Source: Bacteroidota bacterium (GTDB taxonomy: Bacteria; Bacteroidota; Bacteroidia; Bacteroidales; CAIXZF01). Taken from it: a stretch of 64,000 nucleotides of DNA. Where the stretch lies: NCBI GenBank assembly GCA_037132075.1, contig JBAXPV010000009.1, positions 45,168 through 109,167 of the forward strand. The letters run 5' to 3'. Of the stretch, positions 18,786 through 30,147 are shown piece after piece. Numbering within the stretch: the first letter of the stretch is position 1; each line of letters opens with the position of its first letter. A program made the position numbers and the translations under genes. The notes below the pieces were generated by a model. The model saw nothing but the letters and a program-made list of their open reading frames with translations, did not search any database and was not told the origin of the DNA.

Positions 18786-19343
18786 TTAGCTTTTTTTTAC
18801 CCGCTCCGGGTTCTGGTTCAGAAAGGCTTCCCATCCTGTATATTTTGTTATCCCTGGAGCCGGCTCCCTTTGAAAATAATGACAAACTGCCGCAGCCAGC
18901 CCATCAGTAGCATCCAATTGTATCGTTTGGTCTTTGATTTTTAGCAGGCTAAAGAGCATCGCGGCTACTTGCTCCTTGGAGGCGCTGCCACTTCCTGTAA
19001 TCGATTGCTTGATCTTTCGTGGAGCATACTCAAAGATAGGAACATCTTTAAACAGGGCCGCTGCAATGGCAACGCCCTGGGCTCGGCCGAGTTTCAGCAT
19101 GGATTGAACATTTTTTCCAAAAAAGGGTGCTTCGATAGCAAGTTCGTCTGGTTTGTGTTTCTCGATCAATTCAAGTGTTGTCAAAAAAATCCGTTTCAGC
19201 TTTAAGGCATGATCCGTAATTTTACTGAGTTTCTCTACGCCCATATCCACAAAGAATACCTCATTCCCTTTGTTGATGATCACACCATATCCCATGATAT
19301 TGGTTCCGGGATCGATGCCAAGGATGATTTTTTCTTTTACCAT
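18786..19343 (-). CDS. ruvC: Crossover junction endodeoxyribonuclease RuvC
   Basis: 185 aa with the RNase H-like N-terminus ILGIDPGTNIMGYGVI and a family-typical length. Confidence 0.9.
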   Translation of the reverse strand: MVKEKIILGIDPGTNIMGYGVIINKGNEVFFVDMGVEKLSKITDHALKLKRIFLTTLELIEKHKPDELAIEAPFFGKNVQSMLKLGRAQGVAIAAALFKDVPIFEYAPRKIKQSITGSGSASKEQVAAMLFSLLKIKDQTIQLDATDGLAAAVCHYFQREPAPGITKYTGWEAFLNQNPERVKKS

Positions 19344-19367
19344 GGAATTGGGATAAATGGAGGTTAA

Positions 19368-20036
19368 TTACCTATCAATTAGTGTGTTGGCAAATAAAAG
19401 GTCCTGGGGTGTCGTTATTTTTATGTTAAGGCTTTCACCTGCAACTGTTTGTATCTTTTCACCTGCCTGTTCAAGCACACTGGCGTCATCAGTGAAATTA
19501 ACAGAATATGCTTGTTTATAGGCATTTAAGAGAATTTTAGTTTCAAATAATTGCGGGGTTTGAACGGAATACAAATTTTGCCTGGGCTCCAGGTGACTTT
19601 CATTTCCTTCAATCCGTCTCAATGATTCTACAACGGGCATTACCGGTGTGGCGTTACCATATTGTAAAGCTTTTTCGATTAGCCGACTAAGTAATTTGGG
19701 GCTAAAAAAGGGACGAACACCGTCATGGATTGCTGTTAGCCCGGCTTCGTTTTGGATTATACCCAGGCCATTTTTTACGGACTGGAACCTGCTCGCACCA
19801 CCTGAAACTAGTTTATGTGGGATTTCCACTGAAAATGTTTTACAGATTTGCTTCCATGTTTCCAATTCGTTTTCAGGAAGCACAAGGATGAAATTCGCTT
19901 TTGGTTGCTGGGAATAAGCATTGTCTAAAGTCTTTAACAATATAGGCCTTCCTGCAATTTCAAGGAATTGTTTCGGGATGTCGGAACCCATACGGCTTCC
20001 GGTTCCACCAGCAACGATCAGGAAATTCCGGATCAA
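19368..20036 (-). CDS. ispD: 2-C-methyl-D-erythritol 4-phosphate cytidylyltransferase
   Basis: 222 aa with N-terminal nucleotide-binding AGGTGSRMG and a family-typical length. Confidence 0.88.
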   Translation of the reverse strand: MIRNFLIVAGGTGSRMGSDIPKQFLEIAGRPILLKTLDNAYSQQPKANFILVLPENELETWKQICKTFSVEIPHKLVSGGASRFQSVKNGLGIIQNEAGLTAIHDGVRPFFSPKLLSRLIEKALQYGNATPVMPVVESLRRIEGNESHLEPRQNLYSVQTPQLFETKILLNAYKQAYSVNFTDDASVLEQAGEKIQTVAGESLNIKITTPQDLLFANTLIDR

Positions 20037-20041
20037 AAATA

Positions 20042-21091
20042 CTAGAGGATTAACATGGCATCACCAAAAGTGAAGAACCTGTATTTTTCTTCTATTGCTA
20101 TCTGATAGGCTTTGATGAGGAAATCAAAATCAGCGAAGGCAGCGGTTTGCATCATCATCGGGCTCATCGGCAGATGGAAGTTGGTAACCATAGCTGATGC
20201 GATGTTGAACTCGTAAGGTGGGAAGATGAATTTATTTGACCAGCCTTTAAAAGGTTTTAAATGACCTTGAATAGAGACAGAGGATTCAATTGCTTTCATC
20301 GTCGTAGTTCCAATAGCTACAATATGATTGCGGCTGTCTTTGGCTTTATTTACTACTTCCGAATTTCTCTCGTCAATATAGACTTCTTCAGAGTCCATTT
20401 TATGCTTGGTAAGATCTTCTACGTCGATGGTACGGAAATTTCCGAGGCCAGCATGAAGCGTAACCTCGGCGAAGTTAATCCCTTTGATTTCCATGCGTTT
20501 CATGAGCTCACGGCTGAAATGCAGACCGGCAGTAGGCGCAACAACAGCCCCTTCATGTTTGGCATAAATCGTTTGGTAACGTTCTTTATCCTCTGGTTCA
20601 ACCGCACGTTTGTGGATCTTTGGCAGCGGAGGTTTGCCAAGTTTGTCGATGGTCTTTTTGAATTCATCATAAGGGCCATCAAACAGAAAACGTAAAGTTC
20701 TTCCACGTGAAGTTGTATTGTCGATGACTTCAGCAACCAGGGCATCGTCATCACCGAAATACAACTTATTACCAATCCTGATCTTTCGGGCAGGATCGAC
20801 CAGTACATCCCAAAGGCGACTCTCTTTGTTGAGTTCCCGCAACAGGAAAACTTCTATTTTAGCACCGGTTTTCTCTTTCTCGCCATAGAGACGAGCCGGA
20901 AAGACCTTGGTGTTGTTGATGATGAAGACGTCTCCTTCACCAAAATAATCTAATAAGTCCTTGAACTTTTTGTGTTCAATGGTTTGATCTTTCCTGTTCA
21001 GAATCATCAGACGTGAGTTGTCGCGATCAGCAACAGGGTGGTCAGCGATTAATTCAGGAGGAAGATGAAATCGAAACTGCGACAGCTTCAT
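20042..21091 (-). CDS. queA: S-adenosylmethionine:tRNA ribosyltransferase-isomerase
   Basis: 349 aa. N-terminus F.LPPELIA..P...RD.SRLM and C-terminal [10 protein letters not shown] are typical of QueA. Confidence 0.93.
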   Translation of the reverse strand: MKLSQFRFHLPPELIADHPVADRDNSRLMILNRKDQTIEHKKFKDLLDYFGEGDVFIINNTKVFPARLYGEKEKTGAKIEVFLLRELNKESRLWDVLVDPARKIRIGNKLYFGDDDALVAEVIDNTTSRGRTLRFLFDGPYDEFKKTIDKLGKPPLPKIHKRAVEPEDKERYQTIYAKHEGAVVAPTAGLHFSRELMKRMEIKGINFAEVTLHAGLGNFRTIDVEDLTKHKMDSEEVYIDERNSEVVNKAKDSRNHIVAIGTTTMKAIESSVSIQGHLKPFKGWSNKFIFPPYEFNIASAMVTNFHLPMSPMMMQTAAFADFDFLIKAYQIAIEEKYRFFTFGDAMLIL

Positions 21092-21148
21092 ATATAAAAT
21101 TCAGGTTAACAAACCGTTATTTAAACGGATTATAAAGGAAAAAGTTTG

Positions 21149-21156
21149 CAAAAATA
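21149..21156 (-). promoter_or_regulatory. -7 box TATTTTTG for the queA-ispD-ruvC string
   Basis: Perfect TAnnTTTG on the minus strand, about 58 nt upstream of ATG 21091. The region also holds two palindromic TTTGCAAA copies. Confidence 0.4.
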
Positions 21157-21194
21157 CAATATTTTTTTGCAAAAAGCAAGAGGAAACGCTAGGC

Positions 21195-21887
21195 TTATTG
21201 GGGATTATTAATCTCCTGGTTTAATTCAGCCAGCGTCATCGCATCTTCCAACCGGAAATCTCCGATGCGGGTTCTGCAGAGTTTGCTTAGATAGGCGCCA
21301 CTTCCAAGGGCTTCACCAAAGTCCCTGGCCAGGGAACGGATGTAGGTGCCCTTGCTGCAGACTACACGAAATTCTACCAAAGGCATCTCGATTTTTGTGA
21401 GTTCGAATTCGTAAATGTTGATCTTTTTTGATTTAATTGTGACTTCCTGGTCCTTTCTGGCATAGATATAAAGCGGCTTTCCATCCAGCTTTACTGCCGA
21501 AAAAATTGGGGGAACCTGGTCGATCTCACCGATAAATGTCTTTGAGACAGTGAGTAACATGTCTTCAGTGATGTGGTCGACCGGATAGTCCATGTCTGGT
21601 TCCTTCTCAAGATCGTAACAAGGTGTTGTCTTTCCAATATAAAAAGCTCCGGTATATTCCTTTTTCAGGTCCTGGAACTCTTCTATTCTTTTGGTAAAAG
21701 GTCCGGTGCAGAGTATCAACAGCCCGGTAGCCAAAGGGTCAAGGGTGCCGGCATGACCGATTTTTATTTTTTTTACCTTCAGATGGTATTTGATCATGCC
21801 CCTGGCCTTATTCACAACATCAAAAGAAGTCCAGTTGAGATCCTTGTTGATCAGCAGGATCTCACCTTCCAGGAAATTACGCTCCAT
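21195..21887 (-). CDS. truB: tRNA pseudouridine(55) synthase
   Basis: 230 aa with catalytic-Asp motif GHAGTLDPLATGLL. Its start overlaps the uppP stop (TGATG). Confidence 0.93.
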   Translation of the reverse strand: MERNFLEGEILLINKDLNWTSFDVVNKARGMIKYHLKVKKIKIGHAGTLDPLATGLLILCTGPFTKRIEEFQDLKKEYTGAFYIGKTTPCYDLEKEPDMDYPVDHITEDMLLTVSKTFIGEIDQVPPIFSAVKLDGKPLYIYARKDQEVTIKSKKINIYEFELTKIEMPLVEFRVVCSKGTYIRSLARDFGEALGSGAYLSKLCRTRIGDFRLEDAMTLAELNQEINNPQ

Positions 21888-22666
21888 CAGGCGATGTTTA
21901 AATCATAGCCAAAAGCCAACAGGATAAGAATCAGCAAACCAACGATGATACGATACCATCCGAAAAGTTTGAATCCATGTTTGGTAAGGAAGCCGATGAA
22001 AGTACGGATTGCAATAATAGCTACAACAAAGGCAATGACATTGCCTAAAGCCAGGAGTTTAATGTCTTCTGCCCTAAATGTCTTATAATTATGAAGTAGC
22101 TTTAATGCCGTGGCTGCAAACATGGTTGGGATGGCCAGGAAAAAAGAAAACTCGGCTGCGGCCTTGCGTGTGAGCTTCTGACTCATTCCCCCGATGATGG
22201 TTGCCCCTGAACGGGAAACACCAGGAATGATGGAGATGATCTGAATCAGGCCGATGATGAATGACTTTTTATACGTGAGACCTTTTTCAAGATCCTCTGT
22301 ACCTTTAAACCATTGATCTGCGAAAAGCAATATGATGCCGCCCAGCAGTAGTGAAACGGCCACAATTACCACACTGCCCAGCATCTCATCTACTTGTTTC
22401 TCAAGGAAATAGGCGATAAGTAAGGGGAGGCAAGCGAAAAATAGCTTATAGTAAAGATCAAGGCCCTGGAAAAATCGTTTCCAATAAAGCACAACAACGC
22501 TCAGGATGGCGCCAAACTGGATGTTCACTGTAAATGCCTTCACAAAATCGGTGCTGGCCATACCCAAAAGGTGCTGGGTGATGATCATATGCCCGGTTGA
22601 AGAAATAGGCAGGAACTCAGTAATTCCTTCTACGATAGCAATGATAATTGCCTGGATGTAAGTCAT
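21887..22666 (-). CDS. uppP: Undecaprenyl-diphosphate phosphatase
   Basis: 259 aa polytopic protein. BacA/UppP motifs [10 protein letters not shown] and [10 protein letters not shown]. Confidence 0.93.
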   Translation of the reverse strand: MTYIQAIIIAIVEGITEFLPISSTGHMIITQHLLGMASTDFVKAFTVNIQFGAILSVVVLYWKRFFQGLDLYYKLFFACLPLLIAYFLEKQVDEMLGSVVIVAVSLLLGGIILLFADQWFKGTEDLEKGLTYKKSFIIGLIQIISIIPGVSRSGATIIGGMSQKLTRKAAAEFSFFLAIPTMFAATALKLLHNYKTFRAEDIKLLALGNVIAFVVAIIAIRTFIGFLTKHGFKLFGWYRIIVGLLILILLAFGYDLNIA

Positions 22667-22974
22667 TATTCCGGGGTGATGTCCTTAGGCTTTTTCATAA
22701 TGGCAAAGATCTCTACCACATATCCGGCTAAAACCAGGATGGGAGCAAGCGTCAGTCGGCGAAAGCTGAAGATCTCGTCACTAAATACATTGGGGTCTTT
22801 TGAGTTTCCCCCGATCATAAGCAAAAAGCCAAGGGCGATGAGTCCCAAACCCACAATCATTATAATATAGTTTTCCCGGCCAAGCGCAAAATCACCGGTT
22901 TTTGGCTGAGGAACGGGTTTCGTGGTCTTGGAAGCTGCAGCAGGTGCAGCGGTAGTCTTCTTCTTGATTTCCAT
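22666..22974 (-). CDS. DUF3098-family small membrane protein
   Basis: 102 aa with two TM helices. It sits in the conserved Bacteroidota position between ftsX and uppP, and its stop overlaps the uppP start. Confidence 0.65.
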   Translation of the reverse strand: MEIKKKTTAAPAAASKTTKPVPQPKTGDFALGRENYIIMIVGLGLIALGFLLMIGGNSKDPNVFSDEIFSFRRLTLAPILVLAGYVVEIFAIMKKPKDITPE

Positions 22975-23012
22975 ATTATGAGGATATTAAGGCAAAATTT
23001 GAAGGTACAAAG

Positions 23013-23888
23013 CTAATAAAGATAATCTGCTTTTAAGCGAAGGTATTTTTTTACAGCGAAAAATGTTGAGATCCAGGAGATCACGATACCCAGTATGCTT
23101 ACAATCAGGAATAATATTGCATAGAGTCGCACATCCTGCATGATGACGAGTTCGGGTAACTGCCTGCTGGCGGAGAACATGGTAATCACCAGGAGCAGCA
23201 ATGCGATTAAGGCTGCCCACAATCCAGAAATAATACCGGAAATCAAAAAAGGTTTCCGAATAAAAGATTCAGTAGCCCCGACCAGCTGCATGGTCTTGAT
23301 CAAAAAACGTTTTGAAAAAATAGAAAGACGTATCGTATTGTTGATCAGGGTGATTGATATTATCAGGAGTAGGAGGCTAAATCCGAGGATGACCAAGCCT
23401 ACTTTACGGAGATTTGAATTTACGACTTCAACGAGGGAGCGCTGGTAATTAACCTCTTTAACTCCGGGGTAGCTAATAAGACGTTTCTCAATATTGCGCA
23501 AACTGTCAGCATTGGCATAGTCAGCATTGAGTTTCATCTCAATGGAAGGAAGCAGCGGGTTGTAACCCAAAAAGCCTACAAAGTCTTCACCCAGTTCTTT
23601 CTGTAAAGCTATTGCTTCTTCTTCTTTGGTGATATACCTGGATTCTTTAACAAAAGGTGCCCTGGTGATCCCTTTCATCAGTTGATGCCCGGTCGAATCA
23701 CTGATTCCTTCTTTAAGAATCACGGTAAAACCGATGTTTTCCTTAACATAATGGCCGATTTTCTGGGTATGATATAATAAAATTCCCAAAAGACCCAGCA
23801 TGAACAAAACCAGGGAAATGCTTACCACGGTTGTGATGTAGGAGGTTTTAAGCCGACGGCTGTTGTATTTTTCTTCGTTTTTGCCCAT
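23013..23888 (-). CDS. ftsX: Cell division protein FtsX-like permease
   Basis: 291 aa. The topology (TM1, large periplasmic loop, three C-terminal TM helices) and the synteny both fit FtsX. Confidence 0.8.
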   Translation of the reverse strand: MGKNEEKYNSRRLKTSYITTVVSISLVLFMLGLLGILLYHTQKIGHYVKENIGFTVILKEGISDSTGHQLMKGITRAPFVKESRYITKEEEAIALQKELGEDFVGFLGYNPLLPSIEMKLNADYANADSLRNIEKRLISYPGVKEVNYQRSLVEVVNSNLRKVGLVILGFSLLLLIISITLINNTIRLSIFSKRFLIKTMQLVGATESFIRKPFLISGIISGLWAALIALLLLVITMFSASRQLPELVIMQDVRLYAILFLIVSILGIVISWISTFFAVKKYLRLKADYLY

Positions 23889-23948
23889 GGATATTTCAGT
23901 CGGCTAAATTATAAAAAATTGCCGGAAGTCCGGTTCCCTTGATTTTTC

Positions 23949-23956
23949 TAAATTTG
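23949..23956 (+). promoter_or_regulatory. -7 box TAAATTTG for leuS
   Basis: Perfect TAnnTTTG 39 nt upstream of ATG 23995. Confidence 0.45.
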
Positions 23957-23994
23957 TAGCATAAAATTAACCTCAAGACAATCAGCCTTAGTTT

Positions 23995-26763
23995 ATGGAT
24001 TATAATTTCAGAGAAGTCGAGAAGAAATGGCGTAATACCTGGTCAGAAAACAAGACATATAAAGTTAGCCCCGATCCTTCCAAACCCAAATTTTACGTAC
24101 TTGATATGTTTCCTTACCCTTCGGGTGCCGGCCTTCATGTTGGCCATCCCCTGGGATATATTGCTTCTGATATCTTTGCCAGGTACAAACGTCTCAAAGG
24201 ATTTAACGTGCTTCACCCTATGGGCTATGATGCCTTTGGGCTTCCTGCGGAGCAATATGCAATCCAGACTGGCCAGCATCCTGCCATAACCACGGCCAAG
24301 AATATTGCCCGTTACCGGGAACAACTCGACTTGATGGGCTTCACCTACGACTGGGATCGGGAGCTTAGGACCAGTGATCCTGACTATTATAAATGGACTC
24401 AGTGGACTTTCATCCAACTGTTCCATTCTTGGTTTGACAAACGCACGCAAAAGGCAGCGTCAATCGATACTTTGATTAGCCATCTGAATAACCATGGCTC
24501 CAAGGATCTGCAGGCTGGCGAAACAGAAAACCTGGAAATCACGGCAGCTGCGTGGCAGGCGATGCCTGAAAAGCAAAAACAGGAGGTCTTGATGAATTAT
24601 CGCCTGGCATACCTGAGTGATACCATGGTGAACTGGTGCCCGGATTTGGGAACTGTTCTCGCCAATGACGAAGTTAAAGAGGGGCTTTCTGTCAGAGGAG
24701 GACACGTTGTTGAGCGTAAGTTGATGAAGCAGTGGCTGTTGCGCATAACTGCCTATGCCCAAAGACTTTTGGACGGCATGACTCCACTCGATTGGTCAGA
24801 GTCGCTCAAAGAGATGCAAAGAAACTGGATTGGCAGGTCAGAAGGTGCGTCAGTGTTTTTCTCAGTGAAAGAGCATGCTGAATTATCTTTAGAGATTTTT
24901 ACCACGCGCCCTGATACAATGTTTGGCGCAACATTTATGGTGCTGGCCCCTGAACATGAATGGATTGCTTCATTAACTACTGACGATCAACAAGTAGCGG
25001 TTGCAGAATATATAGCCTGGGCTAAAAACAGGTCGGAGCGAGAGCGAATGTCAGATGTTAAAAAGGTAACTGGCGTCTTTAGCGGTTCCTATGCCGTTAA
25101 CCCACTGACACAAAAGCCAGTGCCGATCTGGATCGCTGATTATGTGCTGGCAGGTTATGGTACCGGAGCCATCATGGCTGTTCCGGCTCACGACAGCAGG
25201 GATTATGCTTTTGCCAAACATTTCAATCTTCCAATCGTGGAAGTTGTAGCTGGCGGCGACATCACCCACGAAAGTTATGACGCCAAAGATGGCATCCTGC
25301 TTAACTCAGGCTTCATCAACGGGATGAAAGTAAAAGAAGCAATTAAGGCGGTTATTCAAAGAATAGAAGAGATGGGCATTGGCAAAGGCAGTATCAATTA
25401 CCGCTTGCGCGATGCCATTTTTAGTCGCCAAAGATATTGGGGCGAGCCCTTTCCTGTTTATTTCAAGGACGGCATGCCCTACACCATTCCAGAAGACCAG
25501 CTTCCGCTGCAGTTGCCGGAAATTGACACTTTCCTTCCGACAAAAAACGGAGAACCACCGCTGGCCAGGGCCAAAAATTGGCATACTGCCGAGGGCTATC
25601 CCATGGAAACCAATACGATGCCAGGATTTGCGGGATCGAGTGGATATTACCTGCGTTATATGGACCCGTGCAATGACGAAGCATATTTCTCTTCGGAAGC
25701 AGTGAATTACTGGCGTGACGTCGACCTCTATATAGGCGGGGCTGAGCATGCTACCGGTCACCTGATCTATTCCCGTTTCTGGAATAAGTTCCTGAATGAT
25801 ATAGGTTTATCAGTGGTTGATGAGCCTTTCAGAAAGCTGATCAATCAGGGCATGATCCAGGGTCGTTCAAGTATGGTTTACCGCATGAAAGAAGGAAATG
25901 TATTTGTTTCTGAAGGCCTGAAAGACGAATATGAAACCATTCCGATCAATGTCGACATCAACTTGGTGGATGCCAATGATGTGCTTGACAGGGATGCTTT
26001 CCGCTCATGGAGACCGGATTATGCCAATGCCACCTTTATCCTGGAAGACGACATTTATTACTGTGGTTCGGAAGTGGAGAAGATGTCGAAATCACTGCAT
26101 AACGTTGTAAATCCTGACGAACTTATCGAGAAATATGGTGCTGACACCTTTCGTTTGTACGAGATGTTCCTCGGACCATTAGAGCAGTCGAAGCCCTGGG
26201 ATACTCATGGCATCGAAGGCGTATTTCGTTTTATCCGTAAATTCTGGCGCTTGTATCACACTGACGATCAAGGTTTTTTTATGAGTGATGATGCAGCTAC
26301 TCCTGCTGAGTTGAAGATTCTTCACAAGACGATAAAGAAAGAACAGGAAGACATTGAGCGGCTGTCGCTGAATACAGTGGTCAGCTTGCTGATGATCTGT
26401 GTGAACGAGCTTTCTGAGCTGAAATGTAATAAAAGGGCGATATTGAAAGACCTGATTATCCTGGCTTCTCCTTTTGCCCCCTTTATGGCCGAAGAGTTGT
26501 GGGAGATGGCAGGAGGTAGTGGAAGTGTTGCCAATGCGCCTTTCCCTGTCTTTGATGAGGCTTTGCTTGTTGAAAACACCTTAAGTTACCCGGTATCTTT
26601 CAATGGAAAGCTTCGGTTTAAATTAGAACTTTCGATGAAAATCAGCCAGGCCGATGCAGAAAAAGCAGTGATGGAAGCCCCGGAATCTGAGAAATATCTC
26701 GAAGGCAAGAGCCCGAAGAAGATCATCCTTGTGCCGGGGAAGATCATTAATGTCGTTGTATAG
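23995..26763 (+). CDS. leuS: Leucine--tRNA ligase
   Basis: 922 aa. HIGH-type motif HVGHPLGY and the KMSKS motif ([10 protein letters not shown]). Confidence 0.97.
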   Translation: MDYNFREVEKKWRNTWSENKTYKVSPDPSKPKFYVLDMFPYPSGAGLHVGHPLGYIASDIFARYKRLKGFNVLHPMGYDAFGLPAEQYAIQTGQHPAITTAKNIARYREQLDLMGFTYDWDRELRTSDPDYYKWTQWTFIQLFHSWFDKRTQKAASIDTLISHLNNHGSKDLQAGETENLEITAAAWQAMPEKQKQEVLMNYRLAYLSDTMVNWCPDLGTVLANDEVKEGLSVRGGHVVERKLMKQWLLRITAYAQRLLDGMTPLDWSESLKEMQRNWIGRSEGASVFFSVKEHAELSLEIFTTRPDTMFGATFMVLAPEHEWIASLTTDDQQVAVAEYIAWAKNRSERERMSDVKKVTGVFSGSYAVNPLTQKPVPIWIADYVLAGYGTGAIMAVPAHDSRDYAFAKHFNLPIVEVVAGGDITHESYDAKDGILLNSGFINGMKVKEAIKAVIQRIEEMGIGKGSINYRLRDAIFSRQRYWGEPFPVYFKDGMPYTIPEDQLPLQLPEIDTFLPTKNGEPPLARAKNWHTAEGYPMETNTMPGFAGSSGYYLRYMDPCNDEAYFSSEAVNYWRDVDLYIGGAEHATGHLIYSRFWNKFLNDIGLSVVDEPFRKLINQGMIQGRSSMVYRMKEGNVFVSEGLKDEYETIPINVDINLVDANDVLDRDAFRSWRPDYANATFILEDDIYYCGSEVEKMSKSLHNVVNPDELIEKYGADTFRLYEMFLGPLEQSKPWDTHGIEGVFRFIRKFWRLYHTDDQGFFMSDDAATPAELKILHKTIKKEQEDIERLSLNTVVSLLMICVNELSELKCNKRAILKDLIILASPFAPFMAEELWEMAGGSGSVANAPFPVFDEALLVENTLSYPVSFNGKLRFKLELSMKISQADAEKAVMEAPESEKYLEGKSPKKIILVPGKIINVVV

Positions 26764-26814
26764 TGTACCTTTTGGCAGGTTTTTTGCGTTTGGCCTTATT
26801 GTTATCAAATTGAC

Positions 26815-27612
26815 ATGAAAAAGATTGCAATATATTTTTTTTCTTTCCTGATTTTTTCCTCCTTGAGTATTGTGGCTCAAGGAACACGGAAGATTGACAA
26901 CCAGGCATTTAAAAGGGGAGAACGGCTCGAATTCCGGGTATTTTATGATGCCTTGCTTACAGGACAGGTAACTGCTGGTGTTGCTTCATTAGAAATCGGG
27001 AAAGATGTGATTACCATGAATGACCGTCCGGTTTTTTACGTTAAAGGCGAAGGCTGGTCAAAAGGGGCTTTTAATTTCTTTTTTAAAGTTGAAGATAAGT
27101 TTGAGAGTTATTTTGATGAGGAATCGATTATTCCTTATAAGTTTACCCGGAGAATCAGGGAAGGTGGATATCACAAAGATGAAGACGTAAGGTTTTATCA
27201 TCTGAGTAGGACTGCCAGTCACGACAACAAAACAAAGAAGATCCCAGGCAATGTGCAGGATGTGATTTCTGCTTTTTACTATGCGCGTACCATTGATTTC
27301 TCCAAAGCCAAAATGGGTGATATCTTCCCGATTCCTTTTTACCTGGACGATTCTGTCTATACTTCTGTAGTTCAGTTTGCTGGACGGGAAGTTGTACGGA
27401 CCATACTGGGTGAGTTTCGTTGTTTGAAATTTAAACCTATGATGGCCACAGGGAATGTATTCAGTGATCCATATCCCATGACTTTATGGGTTACCGACGA
27501 TAAAAACCGCCTGCCGATTTTAGGTACTTCTGCCGTGGTAGTGGGGACCGTGAAGATGGAATTAACACATTATAGCAATATTGCCAATCCACTAAGTTCT
27601 AAAACTGACTAA
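26815..27612 (+). CDS. DUF3108-like secreted protein
   Basis: 265 aa with a signal peptide. The beta-rich sequence resembles the DUF3108 family as I recall it. Confidence 0.5.
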   Translation: MKKIAIYFFSFLIFSSLSIVAQGTRKIDNQAFKRGERLEFRVFYDALLTGQVTAGVASLEIGKDVITMNDRPVFYVKGEGWSKGAFNFFFKVEDKFESYFDEESIIPYKFTRRIREGGYHKDEDVRFYHLSRTASHDNKTKKIPGNVQDVISAFYYARTIDFSKAKMGDIFPIPFYLDDSVYTSVVQFAGREVVRTILGEFRCLKFKPMMATGNVFSDPYPMTLWVTDDKNRLPILGTSAVVVGTVKMELTHYSNIANPLSSKTD

Positions 27613-28176
27613 ATGATCGCCATTGATGACAATTTGATTTCCGACAACATCTACAAAGTTCAGTTTTGTTGTGATTTAAAACGTTGCTTTGGCGCTTGCT
27701 GTGTCGAAGGTGATGCAGGTGCGCCGCTCGAACCGGAAGAGATTCAGGTTTTGAAAGACATTTTTCCCTTTGTAAAGCCATACATGCAGCAAAATGGGGT
27801 GGACATGGTTGAGCATATGGGGGTTCATGACTTTGATCCTGCAGGCAAGCTGGTGACACCATTGCTGGATTCAGGCGAATGTGTCTTTGTGTATTACGAA
27901 GGCGAGGTCGCCAAATGTGCCATAGAAAAAGCCCATGCAGAAGGCGTCATCCAATTTAAAAAGCCGATCTCCTGTCATCTGTATCCTGTTCGATTAAGAA
28001 AATATGCCTATTCAGAGGCAGTAAACTTTCACGAATGGCATGTTTGTTATCCTGCGATCATCAAAGGAAAACTTGAAGGCATTCCTTTGTATGTCTTTCT
28101 GAAAGAGCCACTTATCAGGAAATATGGGCAAGAATGGTATGAGAAACTATTGCTTGAAGTTGAAAACAGGAAATAG
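27613..28176 (+). CDS. DUF3109-like Cys-rich protein
   Basis: 187 aa. N-terminal Cys cluster FCCDLKRCFGACCVEGD. The ATG directly abuts the upstream stop. Confidence 0.5.
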   Translation: MIAIDDNLISDNIYKVQFCCDLKRCFGACCVEGDAGAPLEPEEIQVLKDIFPFVKPYMQQNGVDMVEHMGVHDFDPAGKLVTPLLDSGECVFVYYEGEVAKCAIEKAHAEGVIQFKKPISCHLYPVRLRKYAYSEAVNFHEWHVCYPAIIKGKLEGIPLYVFLKEPLIRKYGQEWYEKLLLEVENRK

Positions 28177-28189
28177 GTCTGTTTTCAAT

Positions 28190-28702
28190 CTAAACTGCAG
28201 CTTGCGCAGGTGCTAAAGCAAGGGCTTCAAGTTCTTTGTCAATCAGGTAGAACCCGGCTTGTTCCTTACCCAATAATTTGATTTTGTCCTGAATTCCCTG
28301 GAAAAGGCCTTCTTCCTCGACTTGTTCCCCGACGTACCATTGCAAAAAGTTATTTGTATTGAAGTCTTTCTCTTTCAGGGTGAGATCCACGAGCTCATTA
28401 ATAGCGGCAGTCACCATAACTTCATGTTTCATGATGTCTTTGAAGACAGCAAAAATGTCTTTATAATTTTTAGGTGGTTCTTCGATGCTCGGGACAACTG
28501 CCTTACCGCCACGACTGTTGAGGTAATGGATAAACTTCAGCATATGGAGTCTTTCTTCTTCTGCATGCCTGTAAAGAAAATTGGCCGAGCCAGCCATACC
28601 GTTCCCTTCACACCAGGAAGCCATGGCGAGGTAAAGGTGAGAAGAATATCCTTCGATGATGATTTGAGCGTTTATTGCTTTTTCAAGATTTTTAGAGATC
28701 AT
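28190..28702 (-). CDS. ftnA: Ferritin (non-heme, bacterial)
   Basis: 170 aa four-helix-bundle protein. Ferroxidase-site-like residues lie in EGYSSHLYLAMASW ... EEERLHMLKF. Confidence 0.85.
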   Translation of the reverse strand: MISKNLEKAINAQIIIEGYSSHLYLAMASWCEGNGMAGSANFLYRHAEEERLHMLKFIHYLNSRGGKAVVPSIEEPPKNYKDIFAVFKDIMKHEVMVTAAINELVDLTLKEKDFNTNNFLQWYVGEQVEEEGLFQGIQDKIKLLGKEQAGFYLIDKELEALALAPAQAAV

Positions 28703-28731
28703 GGTTTTGAGTATTTAATTGCATTTCGTGT

Positions 28732-28739
28732 CAAAATTA
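28732..28739 (-). promoter_or_regulatory. -7 box TAATTTTG for ferritin
   Basis: Perfect TAnnTTTG on the minus strand, 30 nt upstream of ATG 28702. Confidence 0.45.
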
Positions 28740-28791
28740 AACTTAATTAGGATACAGGAATTGCCCTGGGGTTCATTCCTGGGATTAAAAA

Positions 28792-29286
28792 TCAATTTGT
28801 AAGCCGGAGATATTCCCAGGAATTCCCGGTCCATTCAATAAAGCGCAGGAAATCCTCAAAAGGTATGACAAGAGATGCAGTGTTGATACAAGGGTGAAAG
28901 CTTATCTTCTTTGCATGTTTCAATGATTCATCCATAAAAAGGTAAACATGATGGTTTTCGTCATGGATTAGGGCCAGGGGAGAAACCGAACCCGGGCTTA
29001 CACCCAGGTATTTCATCATCCGCTGGTCGGAAGCGAAGCTCAGTTTTCCTTGTTTTAGCTTTAGTTCCAGTTCGCGGATGTTCATCTCATAACGATGGTC
29101 CATGATAACCAGGTAATGCCGGTCGCCTTTATGGTTTCTGAAAAACAGGTTTTTGCAATGTACCGCCTCAATATCTTTCCAGTATTTCATCGCTTCTGTG
29201 ATCGTTGGTGCGGGAGGATGTTCGTGATACGCAAAGCTGATGGCCAGCTCATCTAGGATCTGGTATAGTTTGGGGTTTCCGTTCAT
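28792..29286 (-). CDS. Prolyl-tRNA synthetase-associated (YbaK/ProX-type) editing-domain protein
   Basis: 164 aa. The motifs HCKNLFFRN, YLVIM and YLGVSPGSVSP are typical of the ProX/YbaK-like family. Confidence 0.7.
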   Translation of the reverse strand: MNGNPKLYQILDELAISFAYHEHPPAPTITEAMKYWKDIEAVHCKNLFFRNHKGDRHYLVIMDHRYEMNIRELELKLKQGKLSFASDQRMMKYLGVSPGSVSPLALIHDENHHVYLFMDESLKHAKKISFHPCINTASLVIPFEDFLRFIEWTGNSWEYLRLTN

Positions 29287-29347
29287 GATAAATGCCTTGA
29301 TATTATTTTAGAAGCTGATTGTCTTGTGATAAACTACTAGCTGCGAG

Positions 29348-30145
29348 CTAAATAAGGTTTTCCAGTTCTCTCAATTCGTCCTCACTCAGCCCACTAGGCT
29401 CAAAGCCTGCTGACCAGGCAAGGAGGAGCATTTTTGCTGCTTTGTTGGCAACATCCAGGAAATCGAAAGCGCTGGTGAGGGTTTCGCTGCTCGACAGTGC
29501 TCCGTGTTTCTCCCACAAAATGATGTTTCGCTTTTCCAGTCCCTGGATGGTGATATTCGCCAATGATTCGGAGCCGGATAGGGCGTAAGGGGCACAAAAG
29601 ATACCTTCCGGGACGAAAAGCTTGATTTCGGGGCACATCTTCCACAACGAATGGTTGAATTTCTCTTCATCCTGAAACAACAGGTGATGACTTAATACAA
29701 TCAATTCAAGGGGATGGGTGTGTAAAACGGCTTTATGGCTGGGGCGGTTCGTGGCGTTATAAAGATGAATCTTAATATGCGTGATCAATTCGCTGGTGGG
29801 CATGAAATCCCCGCGTTCTCCTCCCCACAAAATACGAAACCCGCTGGCATCGCTATTTATTTTTAAGATACAGGAAACGGTTTCAGGCTTATCGGCCAAA
29901 TACCGCAAATGGCAGCCCTTTCCACTGACAAACAAAGTCAGATTTGCACTCTGGGGCGGGAGCGGAAAAGCGATAATATGTTCAGGATTACTGACGATTT
30001 CTTTTTGAAAAAAATCACTCAGGTCAATGGAGATATTTCCTGCGTTTCTTTCTGCCCAGTCCTTTTCCCAAAGATATTGTGCAATCTGAGAAACTTCAGC
30101 CAGTATAGTAAGAACCTCTTTTGGCAAAGACAGTGTTGATTTCAT
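29348..30145 (-). CDS. Class II aldolase, rhamnulose-1-phosphate aldolase-like
   Basis: 265 aa. It shares blocks with E. coli RhaD as I recall it: DWAERNAGNISIDL versus GWDERNGGNLTLRL, PTSELITHI versus PTSELPAHF, and a Zn-His region LHTHP. Confidence 0.7.
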   Translation of the reverse strand: MKSTLSLPKEVLTILAEVSQIAQYLWEKDWAERNAGNISIDLSDFFQKEIVSNPEHIIAFPLPPQSANLTLFVSGKGCHLRYLADKPETVSCILKINSDASGFRILWGGERGDFMPTSELITHIKIHLYNATNRPSHKAVLHTHPLELIVLSHHLLFQDEEKFNHSLWKMCPEIKLFVPEGIFCAPYALSGSESLANITIQGLEKRNIILWEKHGALSSSETLTSAFDFLDVANKAAKMLLLAWSAGFEPSGLSEDELRELENLI

Positions 30146-30147
30146 GG

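Noticed and set aside
21145-21173. Two palindromic TTTGCAAA octamers 21 nt apart, upstream of queA.
   Set aside because: One overlaps the TATTTTTG -7 box. The other may simply be a -33-like TTTG in A/T-rich promoter DNA. This is not enough evidence for an operator.
22987-23220. A 77-aa minus-strand ORF overlapping the 3' end of ftsX in another frame.
   Set aside because: It is an out-of-frame overlap with a well-supported gene and has no motif or promoter.
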